DNA of 64,000 nucleotides from an uncultured Gammaproteobacteria bacterium (GTDB lineage Bacteria; Patescibacteriota; Patescibacteriia; CAIXNZ01): NCBI GenBank assembly GCA_964590345.1, contig CAZPVP010000001.1, positions 7,937 to 71,936 of the forward strand, read 5' to 3'. Shown piece by piece: positions 59,170 to 64,000 of this stretch (position 1 is its first letter; each line of letters starts with the position of its first letter). The notes under the pieces were generated by a model. It saw only the letters and a program-made list of their open reading frames with translations, ran no database searches and was not told where the DNA came from. The position numbers and the translations under genes were made by a program.

Positions 59170-60276
59170 TTATTCAATTTCTGGCTTTTCTTGTTTCTGC
59201 GACTGTTGGGTTTTCAAATAAATCAAGTAACCAGCTAAAACTAATAAAATAATTAAAATTATATACCAAAAAGCAATGATTAAACTTGATAAAACAGTAA
59301 AAATAAAGCCGATTATCAGACAAACCGCCAAAATGCCGCCTTTGCCGATTTTGCCTAAAACAGGAATTACATCTAAAACCAAAAGTAATGGGCCTAACAT
59401 TAAATAAAGACCAAAACCAAACAATAATAAAGTGGCAATTTTTAAAATCCACCAGGTTGTTTTTTCAGATGATTCTAAAGAAGCAATAAGATTTTCATTG
59501 GATTTATTGGTAATAATAAAAGGATTGCCGCTGGAAATAATATTATTACTAATATCACCAACTACCAGCAATTGTTCCGTTGGCAAAAGAGCCTCAATTC
59601 TTTCTTTATATTTTTCCTCTTCAATTGAATAAATTTCTGTTAATTCCAAATTTTTTTTCGCATCACTTGGTTTAACTGTAATTTTTCCGCCTAAAACAAT
59701 TTCAGCCCACCTTTCATCATCAATTTTACTTACCCATTTGGGTTTTTCAACCTCTTTTTCAACAGTTTGCTCAACATCCTGGCCATCTCTTTCAATTACT
59801 CGCGTTTCTGTTTCTGTTTCAGTCACCATTTCTAATTCTTCGCGAGTATGATGATAATACAAAACATCTTTATTCTCTCTGGGTGATTTAATCGGTTCTG
59901 AAGTTACTTCTCCCTGAACCTTAACCAAACCAGTTGAATCAGCCGCTTGTTCAACCGAAAGCACTGGCATGGCTGCCACTAAAGCAGCAGATTTATCAAA
60001 TTTTTCCGACTGCCAGACAACAACAAAAGAAATAATAATTAGCAATAAGCCAAGAGCAATCCCGCCTAAACGGCCGGAAATTTGGCCTTTAACTTTGCGG
60101 CCAAAACGGGCAATGCCGCTTGAGCTGCCTAAAACTTTTTCTGAAACGACTTTTTCAGAAACAACTCTTTCTTTCATCTCTTCTGGCTTTTGTTCTGTTT
60201 TTTGCCCCTCTTTGCTAACGTCCGCCGAAGCTTCTCCAAAAGCGGAGGCGGAGTCAACTTTTTTTTCTTCATCCAT
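59170..60276 (-). CDS. hypothetical membrane protein
   Basis: 368 aa; TM near residue 70 and 2-3 C-terminal TM helices. Confidence 0.4.
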   Translation of the reverse strand: MDEEKKVDSASAFGEASADVSKEGQKTEQKPEEMKERVVSEKVVSEKVLGSSSGIARFGRKVKGQISGRLGGIALGLLLIIISFVVVWQSEKFDKSAALVAAMPVLSVEQAADSTGLVKVQGEVTSEPIKSPRENKDVLYYHHTREELEMVTETETETRVIERDGQDVEQTVEKEVEKPKWVSKIDDERWAEIVLGGKITVKPSDAKKNLELTEIYSIEEEKYKERIEALLPTEQLLVVGDISNNIISSGNPFIITNKSNENLIASLESSEKTTWWILKIATLLLFGFGLYLMLGPLLLVLDVIPVLGKIGKGGILAVCLIIGFIFTVLSSLIIAFWYIILIILLVLAGYLIYLKTQQSQKQEKPEIE

Positions 60277-60359
60277 CTTTTTAGAATTAAGAATTAAGAA
60301 TTAAGATATAAAATTAATTTAAAATTCACATTTCAGATTTCAGATCTCAAGCTTCAAAT

Positions 60360-61784
60360 TTACCATATTTTATCAATTACCGGGACTTGGCCATAAAGTC
60401 CGCCATAATGTAAAACAGTATATAATTTGCCGGAATCATTATTGCCGTCAAAATAAAAACCCACACCGACATGGGTTAAATGATCATGCATAATGGTCTG
60501 ATAATGAATGCCGTTATAGCTTTCCTCGCTCATATAAAAATCAAACAAACTATCCATAGAATTCATTATACTCTCATTAATCCCCTGAGAACGATTATAT
60601 GAACCGCCACCAATATTTTCATAAAGCCAGCCCCAATCTTCCCTAAATTCTATTTTAAAATTCTGCCAAACCCATTCACGGGCAATCATATTAACTGGCA
60701 AACGAGTATGCGTAATCTGCCCTTGCTTATACATTTCTTCACCCCAGACGGAAGCAGTATCTACCATGCGCTGGTCAAAAATAATTGCCGGCTTGCCCCG
60801 GCTTGTTCTTTCCCTGTTTATTCTATCCAACACATATTGATTTATAACAGCGTAATTAAATCCGCTCGGCACAGAACCTTTTTGAAAATTGCCAGTGCCA
60901 GCTATTTGCGAGCCGCTGGAAACAAATTTAGGACCGCCAGCTGGATCAGTGGAAGTGGGTAATAATGTTAAGCCGGTTGCAGAAGAGGTGCTAGAAGAGC
61001 TAGAGGGAGAAGAAGAGCTAGAAGCGCTAGAGGTTGAGATATTAGCTGTTGAAATTAAATCCAAATTTGAATTAGTGATACCTAGACCTAATTCTCGCAT
61101 AATAGCAAAAGCGTCAGCCGGCCGGCCCAAATAATAACCTTTTAAATCTTTAGGGTAAACATAATATGCTTCGCCGTTTTGCTCCACGTTAAGCATAATT
61201 TTGCCTGACAAGCGGCTTGGAAACTTATAACCCAAATAACCAGCCAATTCACTGTGCTTTATGCCCAAACCCAATTCTCGCATAATGGCAAAAGCGTCAG
61301 CTGGCCGGCCCAAATAATAGCGTTTATTATTATCCGGATAATAGTAATGAGCTTCGCCATTATTTTCTACCTGAAGTAAAATGTGGCCTTTTAGCCTAGT
61401 TAAAGAATAACTGGTTTCAGAAGTGGAAGAGGAACCAGATGAGTTAGAGGAAAAAGATGAACTAGATGAGATAGAGGAGCTGGTTAAGGGTTTGTCAGTC
61501 ATTTTAAAAAACTGCTCGCCTGACCAGCCGATTTTGCCTCGCGGGCTAATCACTTTATACCAGCCGTCTGTGCGATGGGTAATTTGCACCACTTCACCGG
61601 CCTGCAATGTATCAATTATTTCACCGGTAGCAACGCAAGCTTCGTCTCTGACCCAAACAGCACTGATTACTTCGCCGTGATTAGAATATTCATAAACGGG
61701 ATCACAGCCGCAGCAACCGGCATCAACGGCAAAAGGAATTAGAGCTAAATTTATAGCAAAAAAGAAAATTATGATTTTTTTCAT
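60360..61784 (-). CDS. secreted multidomain protein: SH3b-like N-domain, Ser-rich linkers, two about 61-aa tandem repeats, C-terminal CAP/SCP-like domain
   Basis: Signal peptide; GEVVQITHRTDGWYKVISPRGKIGWSGEQFF (SH3b-like); duplicated YYLGRPADAFAIMRELGLGI modules; C-terminal GIHYQTIMHDHLTHVGVG (CAP-like). Confidence 0.45.
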   Translation of the reverse strand: MKKIIIFFFAINLALIPFAVDAGCCGCDPVYEYSNHGEVISAVWVRDEACVATGEIIDTLQAGEVVQITHRTDGWYKVISPRGKIGWSGEQFFKMTDKPLTSSSISSSSSFSSNSSGSSSTSETSYSLTRLKGHILLQVENNGEAHYYYPDNNKRYYLGRPADAFAIMRELGLGIKHSELAGYLGYKFPSRLSGKIMLNVEQNGEAYYVYPKDLKGYYLGRPADAFAIMRELGLGITNSNLDLISTANISTSSASSSSSPSSSSSTSSATGLTLLPTSTDPAGGPKFVSSGSQIAGTGNFQKGSVPSGFNYAVINQYVLDRINRERTSRGKPAIIFDQRMVDTASVWGEEMYKQGQITHTRLPVNMIAREWVWQNFKIEFREDWGWLYENIGGGSYNRSQGINESIMNSMDSLFDFYMSEESYNGIHYQTIMHDHLTHVGVGFYFDGNNDSGKLYTVLHYGGLYGQVPVIDKIW

Positions 61785-61803
61785 GAATTTATAAAATTAA
61801 TCT

Positions 61804-62127
61804 TTATTTATGTAATTTTTTAATAAATTGATTTTTAAATAAACGGAAAGCTGGACGATTTTCTTTTACATACACATATGGCTTAGCAAGCAAATTCTTA
61901 CATTGCGGACATTTCAAATAATCAATTTCTTTAATATCTTTTTTATGCAAAGCACTTAATTGAAACGGAGCAATGATTCGGTCAAAATATAATCTTAATA
62001 AATTACCCAAACCATCTTTTTGATAAATCAATACTTTATAGCCGCATTTACGGCAAATAATATCATATAATTTTGAATCGCCAATTCGTGCCTGTTTAAA
62101 TTTATCTCGTCTTAATTTTAATGCCAT
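61804..62127 (-). CDS. zinc-ribbon hypothetical protein
   Basis: CRKCGYK...CPQCKN (two CxxC pairs), 107 aa. Confidence 0.4.
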   Translation of the reverse strand: MALKLRRDKFKQARIGDSKLYDIICRKCGYKVLIYQKDGLGNLLRLYFDRIIAPFQLSALHKKDIKEIDYLKCPQCKNLLAKPYVYVKENRPAFRLFKNQFIKKLHK

Positions 62128-62179
62128 AATTTATTCCTCCATATTAATCTTACTAAATTAAACCTAAAATTACAAATAA

Positions 62180-62232
62180 AAATCCACCGCACAAGGCGGT
62201 GTGTTTTTATTCGCAGGCGATGAGGGAATCCC
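62180..62232. repeat. direct repeat duplicating the tRNA-Trp 3' end and its downstream hairpin (second copy at 62306-62357)
   Basis: aaaatccaccgcacaaggcggtgtgtttttattcgcaggcgatgagggaatc vs aaaataaccccacaaggtggatatttttatttgcaggcgatgagggaatc. Confidence 0.6.
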
Positions 62233-62335
62233 GCCTTCGTTAAAACTTCGGCGGGGCAGGCGAACCTTGGAATTCTCTCCCGCTCATACTTCTCCCAAAA
62301 TAAAAATAACCCCACAAGGTGGATATTTTTATTTG

Positions 62336-62406
62336 CAGGCGATGAGGGAATCGAACCCCCGACCTCGGTTTTGGAGACCGATGTTATACCACTTAACTAA
62401 TCGCCC
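62336..62406 (-). tRNA. tRNA-Trp (anticodon CCA)
   Basis: GGGCGATTAGTTAAGTGGTATAACATCGGTCTCCAAAACCGAGGTCGGGGGTTCGATTCCCTCATCGCCTG; anticodon loop CTCCAAA; G1-U72 wobble. Confidence 0.75.
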
Positions 62407-62580
62407 AAATATAGTAATATTTTAGCCTAAATTGATAAAAATTTCAAGTATAAAATCAGCTAACTGCCTTCGTCTTTTTTATTAACTCTGTTCCAACTTC
62501 TTGATATGATAGAATATTTTATTATTTCTCTTTACGAATGCTCTTTGTTATAATTAAACAAAGAATAATTAATATACCAT

Positions 62581-63525
62581 ATGTTTGAATTTATATTTTT
62601 AATCTTGGGCTTAATCGGCTTGGTTCTTGGCGCTCACTTGATTATCAAGGGAGCATTGAACATTGCTGAACACTTTAAAATATCGCAAGTTTTTATCGGT
62701 CTCACTATCCTAGCGATTGGCACTAATTTGCCAGAACTTATGGTTATTATTAACGGCTCAATCCATCGCCTTACAGGCATAGAAACTTCTGGACTGATAG
62801 TCAGCGAAGCAATAGGAACATGCATAGCTCAAATATCTTTAACTTTAGGCATTGTCGGGCTTTTAGGCACCAGCTTATTTCTTACAAAAAATGAACTGAT
62901 CAGAGGCGGCGCAGCGCTATTAGGTTCAGTTGCCCTTGTTTTTATATTGGGGCTTGACGGGAAATTATCAAGAATTGACGGAATTATTTTTATTTTATTT
63001 TATATAATTTATTTTTTAAGTTTATATAGAGAAGAAAAAGGCAAAGAAAGAAAAGTAAAACGAGCTCCGCCCTTAAGGACGGGCTGGGCAATATTATCTC
63101 TGCTTTCAGGCTTTACTATCCTGATTATTTCGTCAAATTTTGTCATTGAGAATGCTATTATTCTTGCAGAAATTTGGGGGATTTCCCAATCTTTCATCGG
63201 AGCAGTAATAATCGGGGCCGGCACAAGCCTGCCTGAAATTGCTGTTTCAATAAGTGCCGTAACCAAAAAAGCGACCAGGCTATCCATAGGCAATTTGGTC
63301 GGCAGTAATATATTTGACATACTTTTAGTCTTAGGCTTGGGCAGCGCTATTAGTGAATTTAATGTTGAAAAATCTTTATTACTTTTTGATATCCCATTTT
63401 TATTCATTACTTCTATAATTGTATTAATCTTTTTCTTAACAAAAAACAAGCTGACAAAAAAAGAGGCGCTTTTTTTAATTATAATTTATTCATTATATGT
63501 TGGCTTCAAGTTTTTAAATTTATAA
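62581..63525 (+). CDS. CaCA-family cation/Ca2+ antiporter (YrbG-like)
   Basis: Two alpha-repeats GTNLPELMV and GTSLPEIAVSI; 10 TM; 314 aa. Confidence 0.75.
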   Translation: MFEFIFLILGLIGLVLGAHLIIKGALNIAEHFKISQVFIGLTILAIGTNLPELMVIINGSIHRLTGIETSGLIVSEAIGTCIAQISLTLGIVGLLGTSLFLTKNELIRGGAALLGSVALVFILGLDGKLSRIDGIIFILFYIIYFLSLYREEKGKERKVKRAPPLRTGWAILSLLSGFTILIISSNFVIENAIILAEIWGISQSFIGAVIIGAGTSLPEIAVSISAVTKKATRLSIGNLVGSNIFDILLVLGLGSAISEFNVEKSLLLFDIPFLFITSIIVLIFFLTKNKLTKKEALFLIIIYSLYVGFKFLNL

Positions 63526-63557
63526 ATTCCGCTTATATAACTTAATTAAGATAAACT

Positions 63558-64000
63558 ATGCCAAAAATTAATCAAAAAACAATTATTGTTATAATTGTTA
63601 TAATTGGCATTGTTTTAATAACCATTAGCCTAATAATCGCTTCAATTTTTTTCACGCCAAAAATTATTAATGAAAAGGAAAATATTAATTATGAAAAAAC
63701 ACCGATTACAAAAAACCGCCTTAATGCTTTTGAAAAAGCTCTTGAGCAAAACAATAAAGAACTAATCAGCGATTATTTGGCAAATCAAGTCAATCTCATT
63801 ATTTATGCGACCGAATGTTGCGGCATAATCGAAAAGAGCATGGCTTTAAACAATTTAGATTATTTAAAGCAAATTGATTCCATTGACTTTGATCAAAAAC
63901 AAGCCGTAATAAAAAGCCTTAAAAATGAAAAAACCGAATTAAAAGATTATACTTGGGGTCTGTCCAATAATGACAGTTTGGTAGGCTATAAATTTAATGA
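63558..64000 (+). CDS. membrane-anchored hypothetical protein, 3'-partial
   Basis: ORF MPKINQKTIIVIIVIIGIVLITISLII... runs off window end. Confidence 0.35.
   Translation, partial: MPKINQKTIIVIIVIIGIVLITISLIIASIFFTPKIINEKENINYEKTPITKNRLNAFEKALEQNNKELISDYLANQVNLIIYATECCGIIEKSMALNNLDYLKQIDSIDFDQKQAVIKSLKNEKTELKDYTWGLSNNDSLVGYKFN

Noticed and set aside
62118-62425. ORFs 62118..62315 (-) and 62201..62425 (+)
   Set aside because: They overlap tRNA-Trp and its duplicated 3' end; reading through tRNA/repeat sequence, almost certainly non-coding.

Overview
The window is AT-rich (about 30% GC by eye) and densely coding, with most genes on the minus strand. It carries a housekeeping backbone: cysS, a hrcA-grpE-hsp20-dnaK-dnaJ heat-shock locus with a perfect CIRCE operator, a MacAB-like ABC exporter, murF, ftsI-like PBP, queH, PolX, a LeuA/CimA-family synthase, glutaredoxin, uppS, tRNA-Glu and tRNA-Trp. 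The gene content (four-helix-bundle/IVS protein, two GxxExxY proteins, short HrcA, VirB4-like ATPase, small genes) is compatible with a small-genome Patescibacteria/CPR-like bacterium; this is inference only. The standout is a roughly 17 kb co-directional minus-strand operon (7059-24054). It encodes a small protein with a C-terminal run of His-Gly-Ser repeats written by perfect 9-bp DNA tandem repeats (candidate His-Xaa-Ser-type RiPP precursor), directly followed by a 500-aa radical-SAM/SPASM enzyme. Downstream are a Cys-rich membrane-anchored protein and ten more radical-SAM enzymes, seven of them short tandem paralogs each with one auxiliary-cluster Cys motif. The operon also carries a GT1-like glycosyltransferase, an 889-aa radical-SAM/HD/kinase-like fusion, a PEP-utilizer-domain protein and an A24 prepilin-peptidase-like membrane protein. 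Other notable signals: a modular family of about 90-bp palindromic MITE/REP-like intergenic elements (four full copies and one fragment), 7-bp-periodic iteron-like repeats in promoter regions of the accessory segment, a GC-rich single-gene island, a homopolymer frameshift in a GxxExxY gene, tRNA 3'-end duplications suggestive of att-site scars, and a terminator-bounded candidate ncRNA.
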